Source: a virus (lineage: Duplodnaviria; Caudoviricetes). From it: a DNA stretch of 64,000 nt. Within the stretch, counting starts at the first letter, position 1. Each line of letters opens with the position of its first letter. The notes below the pieces were generated by a model that worked only from the letters and a program-made list of their open reading frames with translations, was not told the DNA's origin and ran no database searches. The stretch lies in IMG/VR virus record IMGVR_UViG_2898597404_000001, positions 10,614-74,613 of that record; one strand, given 5' to 3'. Shown one piece after another: positions 9,480 through 17,984 of this stretch. The position numbers and the translations under genes were made by a program.

Positions 9480-10667
9480 ATGCCACGACACTACAAGCGC
9501 GACCGCGACCGCAAGCGCGGCCGCGAGCGCGGCGCGCAGCTCGACCTGTTCGCCGCACTCTCCGGGGACCAGCCCCCCACCCCGGCGGACCTCCCGCCCG
9601 ACCCCGACCCCGATCAGAAGGAGATCACCCTCACCCCGGACAGCGTCCGCCCGCAGGACCCGCCACCCGCCACCGGCGGCGACGCGGACGGCGGCCAGGC
9701 CCCGCCCCCGCCGTCGCCGAGGCCGGCCCCGCGAAAGGCGCCCGACTCCGGCCGCCTGCACCAGCTCGCCGAGCGCGTCAACGCGGCGTGGCACGACGCC
9801 CAGCGCGGCAACCGCCACCACCAGACCGCGTCCCATATCGAGATCCCCCTCGGCGTCGTCGCCGCGCTCACCCAGATCCGGCAGGCCGACCCGAAGGGCC
9901 CCGACCTGGCCGCACAGATCATCGACCTGGACGGGCCGGGGCTGCTGTCCATGTACCGGCAGATCTGGGCCATCCAGTGGATCACGAACCCCTACCTGAT
10001 CAACGCCGCCCGTCCGCTCGCGGAGTGGCTCGACGAGCCCGACGACCCCGACCCCGCCACCGTCGAGGCCGTCCGCCACGTCACCGCCACGGCGCTCCAC
10101 GCGGGCCTGCTGGACTTCACCGGGAACCCGGACCCGCACTGGCGCTGCGAGACCGACGTGCTCGGCCGCGTCCTGGTCGAGCTGCGCTCCTCGGGCGCCA
10201 GCGCGAGCCTCGCCGAGATCCACACCCCGCAAGAGCTCGCCAACGCCATGGCCGCCCTGACGATGCCGGTCGACGAGCTGCTCGCGGCCGAGCTGGAGCG
10301 CGGGACCGGTCCCGGCGGCATCCACGACCCGGCGGCCGGGACCGGCGGGCTCCTCCGCGCCGCCGCGTGGGCGCTCCGCAACCAGGGCATCGAGCCCTCC
10401 CGCTTCGCGTGGGCCGCGACCGACATCGACCCGATCGCCGCCGCCTGCTGCGCGGTCAACGCCCTCGTGTGGGACCTCGGCCCGGACGTCCTGGTCCACT
10501 GCGGCAACACCCTCACCGAGCCGGACGGCATCAAGCGGGAGCGGCTCCGCCGCAAGGAGATCTTCGCACTGCGGAGCGAGCTGATGGACGGCGCGCGGAT
10601 GCTCGCCGCCTACCGGCGGGCCATGTCCCTCCTGGAGGGCACTGTCAGCGGCCGAGACTGTCCCTGA
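9480..10667 (+). CDS. N-6 DNA methylase family (HsdM-like SAM-binding) protein
   Basis: HTP, IHDPAAGTGGLL (motif I), ATDIDP, HCGNTL; no NPPY/F motif seen. Confidence 0.75.
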   Translation: MPRHYKRDRDRKRGRERGAQLDLFAALSGDQPPTPADLPPDPDPDQKEITLTPDSVRPQDPPPATGGDADGGQAPPPPSPRPAPRKAPDSGRLHQLAERVNAAWHDAQRGNRHHQTASHIEIPLGVVAALTQIRQADPKGPDLAAQIIDLDGPGLLSMYRQIWAIQWITNPYLINAARPLAEWLDEPDDPDPATVEAVRHVTATALHAGLLDFTGNPDPHWRCETDVLGRVLVELRSSGASASLAEIHTPQELANAMAALTMPVDELLAAELERGTGPGGIHDPAAGTGGLLRAAAWALRNQGIEPSRFAWAATDIDPIAAACCAVNALVWDLGPDVLVHCGNTLTEPDGIKRERLRRKEIFALRSELMDGARMLAAYRRAMSLLEGTVSGRDCP

Positions 10668-10682
10668 ATTTGGCCTCTCGCC

Positions 10683-10722
10683 TTGTCATAGGCTCTAATT
10701 CATGCCATACTTAGGGACATAA
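10683..10722 (+). promoter_or_regulatory. promoter-operator box 2
   Basis: TTGTCA-N17-CATACT-T-AGGGACATAA. Confidence 0.8.
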
Positions 10723-10754
10723 GGCAAAGCAAACACCCAGGGAGGAACCCACCC

Positions 10755-11144
10755 ATGAGCGGCCAGAGCTTCTCCGACGAGGAAATCAAGCGCGCCATCG
10801 ACACGTACGGCGCTTCGGCCGACCTCTCCGAGGACGACGCCCGCGCCCGGCTCATCCGCGACCTCCAGGACCTCGACAAGATCCGGCACGCCCCCGCGAT
10901 GGCGGAATTCGTCAAGCAGCAGGGCATCGCCCGCCCCTGGCACAGCGTCCGCGAGCGGATCAGCAAGGACGGCCTGAGCGCCCGCGACGCCCTCCGCGCC
11001 GAGCGCGAGCAGGCGCTGAAAGCGCTGATCGACCAGAGCCCCGCCGTCAGCACGAACGGCGTCCTGAACGAGTCCGAGGTCGCCGCCCGCGAGGGCGCCC
11101 GCCTGTTCCTCCGCCGCACGGACGGACTGCTCGACGCCTCCTGA
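10755..11144 (+). CDS. hypothetical protein, paralog of 13685-14068
   Basis: ALRAERE...T.G...REGAR.FL.RT shared. Confidence 0.75.
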   Translation: MSGQSFSDEEIKRAIDTYGASADLSEDDARARLIRDLQDLDKIRHAPAMAEFVKQQGIARPWHSVRERISKDGLSARDALRAEREQALKALIDQSPAVSTNGVLNESEVAAREGARLFLRRTDGLLDAS

Positions 11145-11244
11145 CCACCCCTGGAAAACGGGGGCGGCGGGCCCTTCCCCGCCCGGCCCGCCGCCCCCGG
11201 CCCCGCACGACCACCCGCACCACGACCGGAAGGAACCGCACGCC

Positions 11245-11796
11245 ATGAACATCCTCGACATCTACGACCAGATCACCTCCGCCACCATCGGCGACATCGA
11301 GGTGTCCCGCGCCGCCCCGACCCCCGGCTGGGTCGTCGCCCGCCAGCACCAGAGCCGCCACTGGGCCCGCGAGTTCCTCGCCAACGACGGCGAGCACTGG
11401 ATGGACGTCATCGAGCCCGACAGCCCCGAGGCCGCCCGCGTCCTCTGGGACGCCGTCGAGCTCGCCCTCGCCGCCGCCTTCGACCACGCCGCCGCCCCGA
11501 CCGACCGCGACGGGATCGACGGCCCCACCGACATCACCGACATCACCGACCGCCTCACCTCGGTCCGGTTCGGCTCCATCCGCGTCTTCCGCGCCGTCGC
11601 GGAGGAGGGCTGGATCATCGCCCGCACCCCCGACGACCGCCCCTACGCCCGCGAACTCCTCTCCGCGGTGGACGCCGAGACCTGGATCAGCATCAGCGAC
11701 CTCGCCGACCCCGCCAACCCCGCCGCCTCCATGGTCCTGTGGCCCAACCCCGAGGCCGCCCTCTTCACCGCCTGCGACCACGCCGGACGGCGCTGA
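11245..11796 (+). CDS. hypothetical protein with internal domain duplication
   Basis: TS..G.I.V.RA...GW..AR....R..ARE.L....W occurs twice. Confidence 0.7.
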   Translation: MNILDIYDQITSATIGDIEVSRAAPTPGWVVARQHQSRHWAREFLANDGEHWMDVIEPDSPEAARVLWDAVELALAAAFDHAAAPTDRDGIDGPTDITDITDRLTSVRFGSIRVFRAVAEEGWIIARTPDDRPYARELLSAVDAETWISISDLADPANPAASMVLWPNPEAALFTACDHAGRR

Positions 11797-11857
11797 CCCC
11801 CGAGCCCACGGGGGGCGGCACCCGCCGCCCCCCGGCCGACCGGAAGGAACCGGCGCC

Positions 11858-12250
11858 ATGGCCATCGGCTGGGCCCTCGACCGGGCCCCCACCGTCCCGC
11901 CCCACCCCACCGTCCTCCTGCCCCAGCAGGCCGCGGTCGCCCGCGCCTACCGGGCCGCCGCCGTCGCGCGCGCCGTCGTCATGGCGAGGGCCGCCGCGCA
12001 GCTCATCGGGCACGCGCCCTGGTCCTGCATGGCCCCCGGCCCCGGCGGGCTGCGCGTCGTCCTCGGCCCCGGCACCACCCTCGATCAGCTCGGGCGCGCC
12101 ATCGACGCGCTGGAAGCCGACGGGTGGACGATCACCCGTATCACCACCTGCCCACGCCTGCTCGGGCAGGCGTGCGTCCACATCACCCTCCCCCCGGACC
12201 TCGCCGCCCAAGCCGCGGCCACCGATCAGGAAGGACCCCGCGAACCATGA
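11858..12250 (+). CDS. hypothetical protein
   Basis: RBS gaagga, codon bias. Confidence 0.6.
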   Translation: MAIGWALDRAPTVPPHPTVLLPQQAAVARAYRAAAVARAVVMARAAAQLIGHAPWSCMAPGPGGLRVVLGPGTTLDQLGRAIDALEADGWTITRITTCPRLLGQACVHITLPPDLAAQAAATDQEGPREP

Positions 12251-12717
12251 CCAGCACCACCCCCGGCACCGGCCCCGGAGGGGCGGCCGCGCGGCACCGG
12301 CTCTACGCCGTGCGCCACGACGAGTCGATCACGGACATCGTCCTCCACCAGAGCCCCGCCCTCCCCGACGTGACCCTGCTCAGCCTCGCCGACGAGGCCG
12401 ACGCCCCCGCCGTCATCGCCATGCTGGAGGACGCCTACCAGCGGGGCGCCGCGCACGCCCCCTGCGACCGCGCCGCCGAGGTCCGCGCGATCGGCGACGA
12501 CGCCCCGGACGGCCACGCCTACTACGTCGTCCTCGGCACCATCCGCCGCCGCATCGCCCGGCTCGACCAGGACGGCGACACCACCGTGCTCAACGCCGAC
12601 GAGGCCCCGCTCGGCCTCACCCTCGACGCCCTCCAGCCCGCCCTGATCATCTGCTACCAACTCGCCCTCCGGCACGCCGAGACCTCCGTCACCGCGACCG
12701 CCGAGGAGGCGCGGTGA
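12247..12717 (+). CDS. hypothetical protein, paralog triplet member 1
   Basis: PAVIAMLEDAYQRGAAHAPCDRAAEV. Confidence 0.7.
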   Translation: MTSTTPGTGPGGAAARHRLYAVRHDESITDIVLHQSPALPDVTLLSLADEADAPAVIAMLEDAYQRGAAHAPCDRAAEVRAIGDDAPDGHAYYVVLGTIRRRIARLDQDGDTTVLNADEAPLGLTLDALQPALIICYQLALRHAETSVTATAEEAR

Positions 12718-13157
12718 CGACCCGCACGGCCCCCCGTCCCGCGCCCTGGGCGCGCGGCACCGAGGCCCCGCCCCCCTGGGAGTTCCGCCCGGACCGCAGC
12801 GGCCGGCCCCCCGGCATCGACCTCTGCCACGACGGCCGCGTCATCCGCCGCCGCATCGTCAGCCTCGCCGACCCCGCCGGAATCCCCGCCGTGGTGCGCC
12901 TCCTGGAGGACGCCCGCGAGCGCGGCCGCGCGCACGGCTGGTGCGACCAGCGCGCCGAACTCGCGGCCCGCCGCGCCAACCGCCCGGACGGCCACACCCA
13001 CTACCGCGCTCACGGCGGGCACCTCGTCCGTGACCAGGACGGCGAAGCCGTCAGCCTGCTCGCCAGCGACAACCCGCACGGCATCTGGCTGACCCAGATG
13101 GCCACCGCGCTCCAGGCCGCCTTCATGCTCGGACAGTCGGAGGCCATCACCCGATGA
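12714..13157 (+). CDS. hypothetical protein, paralog triplet member 2
   Basis: PAVVRLLEDARERGRAHGWCDQRAEL. Confidence 0.7.
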   Translation: MTTRTAPRPAPWARGTEAPPPWEFRPDRSGRPPGIDLCHDGRVIRRRIVSLADPAGIPAVVRLLEDARERGRAHGWCDQRAELAARRANRPDGHTHYRAHGGHLVRDQDGEAVSLLASDNPHGIWLTQMATALQAAFMLGQSEAITR

Positions 13158-13651
13158 CCGCCTACCCCGAGAACGCCCGCTACGAGTTCCACCCGAGCCC
13201 GCGCGGCAGGCGTCCCCTGGGCGTCGACCTGCACCTGGACGGCAGGCCGATCCGGCGCCTCGTGCGGCTGCGCCGCCGCGACGACGCCCCCCGCGTGATC
13301 GCCCTGCTGGAGGACGCCCGCCGCCTCGGCGCGTCCCACCATCCCTGCGACCTGCGCGCCGAGGTCGTCGTCCCGATGCTCGCCCGGCGGCCCGTCCTGC
13401 ACCCCTGCTACTCGGTCAGCGTCACCGGCCCGCCGAGCGTCCTCCTGCTGGAGGGCGGCCACCTGCGGACCCTCCTCGCCGCCACCGACATCCCGCCGGG
13501 CACGACACCCGCGCGGCTCGTCGCGGCCCTGGAGACCGCGTTCACGATCGGCCACCGCTGCGGCCCCCCAGAGCCCCCCACGGGAGGACGGCAGGGGGCC
13601 CCGGCGTTGCCTTCCACGCTTGATTATGCCCTCAATTCATGCCATAATTAG
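13154..13651 (+). CDS. hypothetical protein, paralog triplet member 3
   Basis: PRVIALLEDARRLGASHHPCDLRAEV. Confidence 0.7.
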   Translation: MTAYPENARYEFHPSPRGRRPLGVDLHLDGRPIRRLVRLRRRDDAPRVIALLEDARRLGASHHPCDLRAEVVVPMLARRPVLHPCYSVSVTGPPSVLLLEGGHLRTLLAATDIPPGTTPARLVAALETAFTIGHRCGPPEPPTGGRQGAPALPSTLDYALNSCHN

Positions 13652-13659
13652 GGACAGAA
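13620..13659 (+). promoter_or_regulatory. promoter-operator box 3
   Basis: TTGATT-N17-CATAAT-T-AGGGACAGAA. Confidence 0.8.
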
Positions 13660-13684
13660 GGCAAGCGAAGCGAGGGAGCCCGAC

Positions 13685-14068
13685 ATGGACCGCACACACA
13701 TCCTCGGCGCGTTCGAGAACCAGATGCTCAGCATCTTCGAGGACGAGGCGCAGGCGCGCGAGAAGCTCGCCCGCGAAGTCCTCAACCAGGCCGGACCATA
13801 CGCGGACGCGATGCGCGCCCTGATCAACGCCCAGGGCGAGGCCAAGCCCTACCGCGCCGTCATCGCCGCGCACTGCGAGAGGGGCGTCCCGCTCGCGCTC
13901 GCGCTCCGCGCCGAGCGCGAGCGCTGCACCCAGGCGCTCGTCGAGCGCCCCGAGACCCTCCACACGGACGGCATCAGCACCGACATCGCCCGCGCCGAGC
14001 GCGAAGGCGCCCGCCGGTTCCTGCAGCGCACCGCCGCTTACATCGCGCGCCTCGACGAGGCCGCCTGA
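13685..14068 (+). CDS. hypothetical protein, paralog of 10755-11144
   Basis: shared C-terminal motif; same promoter box upstream. Confidence 0.75.
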   Translation: MDRTHILGAFENQMLSIFEDEAQAREKLAREVLNQAGPYADAMRALINAQGEAKPYRAVIAAHCERGVPLALALRAERERCTQALVERPETLHTDGISTDIARAEREGARRFLQRTAAYIARLDEAA

Positions 14069-14128
14069 CCGAACCCGCCACGGGGCGGCGGGACCCGCCC
14101 GCCGCCCCCGGACAGGAGAGGAACCACC

Positions 14129-14866
14129 ATGACCGACACCAACCCGGAGGCCGGCATCGACCCGGCCGCCATCGTCTTCCCGGACCTGATCACGGCCTGC
14201 TGCGACCTGCCGCACCCCGCCGCCCAGGACGGCTCCAACTTCGTCTGCCGGAACTGCGACACCCCCACCGGCCGCAGGCGCTACAAGGCGCTCCTGGAGT
14301 GCGAGTGCGAGTCCGTCGTCGAGATCCCCGACGACGGACGCTCCGCCTGCCCCGACTGCGGCCTGCTCTACTGCATCGCCGCCGACTTCCCCGACGGCCT
14401 GATCATGGCGGAGCCCTGCGACAAGCCCGCCGTCACCGAGGACGGCCGCCACTGCCTCGCCCACGCCCCCGCCCGCGACCTCCACGCGGCCCTGGACAAC
14501 ATCACCGACTCCCTCGAAGACGCCGACCACCTGACCGCCTACCAGCGCTACCTGACCAGGGCCTCCCAGTACCCGCCCCTCCACACCTCGTCGGACTCCC
14601 GCTACACCGCCTACGCCGGACACGTCACCCTCCAGCGCCACAGCGACACCGCGATCCGGTACTGGCGCTGCGACCACCGCCACCCCGACCCGCAGGCCGC
14701 CGCCGAGTGCGCCCGGCAGGAGCTGCTCTACCAGCTCGGCACCGCCGACGAGGCGTACGGGCACGCCGCGTGCAGCATCCTCGGCCTCCACGAGTGGACC
14801 GTCCCCCGCGCCGATGGCGGGTCCCTGCCGCAGTGGTCCTGGGAGAACGTGATGATGCGCGCCTGA
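14129..14866 (+). CDS. Cys/His-rich multi Zn-finger protein
   Basis: CRNC, CEC, CPDC, CDHRH...C. Confidence 0.7.
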   Translation: MTDTNPEAGIDPAAIVFPDLITACCDLPHPAAQDGSNFVCRNCDTPTGRRRYKALLECECESVVEIPDDGRSACPDCGLLYCIAADFPDGLIMAEPCDKPAVTEDGRHCLAHAPARDLHAALDNITDSLEDADHLTAYQRYLTRASQYPPLHTSSDSRYTAYAGHVTLQRHSDTAIRYWRCDHRHPDPQAAAECARQELLYQLGTADEAYGHAACSILGLHEWTVPRADGGSLPQWSWENVMMRA

Positions 14867-14974
14867 CCAGCCGCCCCGCCGGGGGACCTCCCCGCAGCCC
14901 CCGGCGGGGCGGCCCCCTCCGCGCCCCCCAGATCCCCTCACAGCCCCGACCACGACCCACAGGAGGTAGCCCCT

Positions 14975-15574
14975 ATGCCCGGCATCCGATCCGCCGACTA
15001 CGACGAGACCGTGGCCAAGCTCATCCTCGACCAGATCATCCAGGACATGGCCAAGGGCCTCGCCAAGGAACCGCTCTCCGAACTGGAGCACGAAGGGGGC
15101 GGCGCCCGCCACGAATTCATGATGGCCGCGCTCGACGAGTACAAGAAGCGCGGCGGCCAGATCCAGACCCACATCGGCGGCCCCGCCGAAGCCCTCCTCA
15201 AGATCCTCCACCAGGAGCGCCGCCTGACCATCAGCCTCCCCGGCGCCTTCCACACCTACCTGGCCGGCACCGCCCTCTGCACGACCCCGCCCGAACGCCT
15301 CAGCCCCGAAGAGGCCACCTGCCGCCGGTACCTCGACGACGCCCAGGAGATCGAGCGGGGCCGCGGACGCGAGTACCGCCTCACCATCCCGACCGACGAC
15401 AAGGTCGTCGTGGAACGCGTCCTGTCCGTCCTCGACACCTACGCCCAGGCTCTCTACGGCCCCGCCCCCGCCCAGGGCGACCAGTCCGCCCGCCGCGAGG
15501 CCCAGAAGACCGGCCGCCTCGTCCTGGGCCGCATCGCCCAGGCCCGCCACAACACCCTCGGCACCAGCCGATGA
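14975..15574 (+). CDS. hypothetical protein
   Basis: RBS aggagg, strong codon bias. Confidence 0.7.
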   Translation: MPGIRSADYDETVAKLILDQIIQDMAKGLAKEPLSELEHEGGGARHEFMMAALDEYKKRGGQIQTHIGGPAEALLKILHQERRLTISLPGAFHTYLAGTALCTTPPERLSPEEATCRRYLDDAQEIERGRGREYRLTIPTDDKVVVERVLSVLDTYAQALYGPAPAQGDQSARREAQKTGRLVLGRIAQARHNTLGTSR

Positions 15575-15588
15575 CCGGAAGGAGAACC

Positions 15589-16077
15589 ATGGAGATCCCG
15601 CAGCGGCTCGCCCACCTGCCGGTCTGCCCCCGCAGGAACGTCCCCGTCCCCTACGCCAACATCACCACCGAGGACGGGCAGCACGACTTCACCGCCCTCG
15701 ACTCCGCCAAGGTCGTCCGCCTCGCCGCCGAACGCCGCTGCGGCATCTGCGAGGACACCCTGGACTACTGGATCGTGTTCCTCGGCGGCGAGCGCAGCGC
15801 CCAGAGCCGCGCCTACACGGACCCGCCGATGCACGAGGAGTGCGCACGGTTCGCGGCCCGAACCTGCCCCTACGTCACCCGCGCCCACATGAGCCGCCGC
15901 AAGACGCCCCTCACCCCCGACACCACCGTCCCGAAGGGCTTCTCCGAGGACAAGCCCGCCGAGTTCCTCCTCTACTTCACCCGCAGCTACAAGCACCAGG
16001 TCACCCGCGACGGCGTCCTGTTCCGCCCCGCCCCCGCCGTCCGCCTCGAACGCTGCGGCTACAGCGCAGCCTCCTGA
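15589..16077 (+). CDS. actinophage-type Cys/His protein
   Basis: PVPY...CGIC...DPPMHEECARFAARTCP. Confidence 0.7.
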   Translation: MEIPQRLAHLPVCPRRNVPVPYANITTEDGQHDFTALDSAKVVRLAAERRCGICEDTLDYWIVFLGGERSAQSRAYTDPPMHEECARFAARTCPYVTRAHMSRRKTPLTPDTTVPKGFSEDKPAEFLLYFTRSYKHQVTRDGVLFRPAPAVRLERCGYSAAS

Positions 16078-16097
16078 CCGAGAAAGGAACGGACCGA

Positions 16098-16667
16098 ATG
16101 ACCGAGACCACCGAGACGACCGAGAAGCGGCGCGAATCCAGGCTGTCCCCCGCCGGGCTCGCCGCGCTGCTGGAGCTGGCCGCCGCCGAGATGGACCCCG
16201 ACGCGATCACCGCGTTCGCCGAGACCGCCGCCCGCCTGGACGACCGCCACAGCATCAAGAACAAGTACGCCATCTGGGTCCAGTGCCCCGACGCCGTCCA
16301 GGTCTACGGCTACATGGAATGGCAGCAGCACGGCCGCCAGGTCCGCTACGGCCAGTCCGCCATCGGGATCTTCGCCCCCCTCACCCGCCGGACCGGCACC
16401 GAGGAGAAGGGAGGCGAGGACGCCAAGCGCACCCCCGAGGAGAAGGCAGGCAAGGACGAGAAGAGCCGCGAACGGGTCCTCCACGGCTTCAAGGTCGCCT
16501 GGGTCTACGACCTCTCCCAGACCAAGCCCCTCGACTGCCCATGCCCCCGGAAGGGCCCCTGCACCTGCCCGCCCCCCGAACCGCCCGCCCCGGCCGGCAC
16601 CGCCCCGCCGACCGGAGACATACAGGACCTGCTCGACGCCCTGACCGAGGACCCGGACGACCAGTAG
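16098..16667 (+). CDS. ArdC-like N-terminal ssDNA-binding domain protein (DUF1738-type)
   Basis: HSIKNKYAIWVQCPDA..VYGYMEWQQHGRQVRYGQSAIGIFAP...FKVAWVYDLSQT matches the ArdC-N pattern; no metalloprotease domain. Confidence 0.8.
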   Translation: MTETTETTEKRRESRLSPAGLAALLELAAAEMDPDAITAFAETAARLDDRHSIKNKYAIWVQCPDAVQVYGYMEWQQHGRQVRYGQSAIGIFAPLTRRTGTEEKGGEDAKRTPEEKAGKDEKSRERVLHGFKVAWVYDLSQTKPLDCPCPRKGPCTCPPPEPPAPAGTAPPTGDIQDLLDALTEDPDDQ

Positions 16668-17051
16668 CCTGCCGGTCCCGACGCCCGAACGGGGGCCTCA
16701 TGCCCGTGACGACAAGCCAGTCGATGCCACGCCCGCGCGGGGGCTTCGTGCCCGCGACGATCAGCAGCTCGGAGCAGCGCCCGTGCCGGGGCTTCGTACC
16801 GGCGACGCTCCATGCCTCCACGCCCGCGCCGGGGCTTCGTACCCGCGACCAGGCAGGTCTGTACCTCGTGCCCAAGCCGGGGCTTCGTACCCGCGACCAC
16901 CGGCTCGCCGCCGCGACGCCCGCGCGGGGGCTTCGTACCCGCGACGCAGGAGGTCTGACCTCCACGCCCGAGCCGGGGCTTCGTACCGGTGACAACAGGT
17001 CGCCGACAGCCGAACGGGGGGCAGGGCCCGCAGCACACTGAGGCCCGCTAT

Positions 17052-17116
17052 GCCCTGGAAGGGCCTCACGCAGCCGTGAGCGGCCCCCCGACGCACCCTC
17101 TGGGAGCAATAATGGG
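17052..17116 (+). promoter_or_regulatory. array-internal leader-like block, copy 1
   Basis: 39 nt identical to 17920-17958; AATAAT at 17108. Confidence 0.55.
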
Positions 17117-17919
17117 TCCACTCGGCGGGCTCCTCCGATGCCCGCGCCGGGGCCTCGTACCGGCGACGGCGCGCGAATGTGACCACGCCCGAGCGGAGGG
17201 CTTCGTACCCGCGATGGAGGGTCACCCCCGCCACGCCCGAGCCGGGGCCTCGTACCCGCGACAGACGCACCCCCGCCCGGCCACGCCCAAGCCGGGGCTT
17301 CGTACCGGCGGCCCGGAACTGGGAGCGACGCCCAAGCCGGGGCCTCATACCGGCGGCCCTGTAAGGGGAGCAGACGCCCAAGCCGGGGCCTCATACCGGC
17401 GGCCGATGAGCAGGGGTCCAAACGCCCAAGCCGGGGCTTCGTACCGGCGGCCCCAGAGAGAAGGCCGACGCCCGAGCCGGGGCCTCGTACCGGCGACTAC
17501 GCGACGGAGTCACATGCCCGCGCCGGGGCCTCGTACCGGCGACCCGGTACCGGGGGAGCAGCGCCCGAGCCGGGGCTTCGTACCGGCGACCAAGTTCGAG
17601 ACGACCGATGCCCGAGCCGGGGCCTCGTACCGGTGACTACGAGATCGAACCCCATGCCCGAGCCGGGGCTGCGTACCGGCGACTGTAGATGCCTCAGGAC
17701 CATGCCCGCGCCGGGGCCTCGTACCGGCGACTACGGAGAGGGCGCCCCACGCCCGAGCCGGGGGCTTCGTGCCCGGCGGCAAGCCATCGGACTCCTCCAG
17801 GCCCGAGCCGGGGCTTCGTACCGGTGATCAGCGGAAGCTGCTCGGCGCCCGCGCGGGGGCTTCATGCCCGCGACGTAGCAGGAACAGCCCACCCCAGCCC
17901 GGCGAGGGGAGCCCGAGTG

Positions 17920-17984
17920 GCCCTGGAAGGGCCTCACGCAGCCGTGAGCGGCCCCCCGGCGCACCCCGCAGGGGCTATAAGGGA
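17920..17984 (+). promoter_or_regulatory. array-internal leader-like block, copy 2
   Basis: 39 nt identical to 17052-17090; TATAAG at 17976, same offset as in copy 1. Confidence 0.55.
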
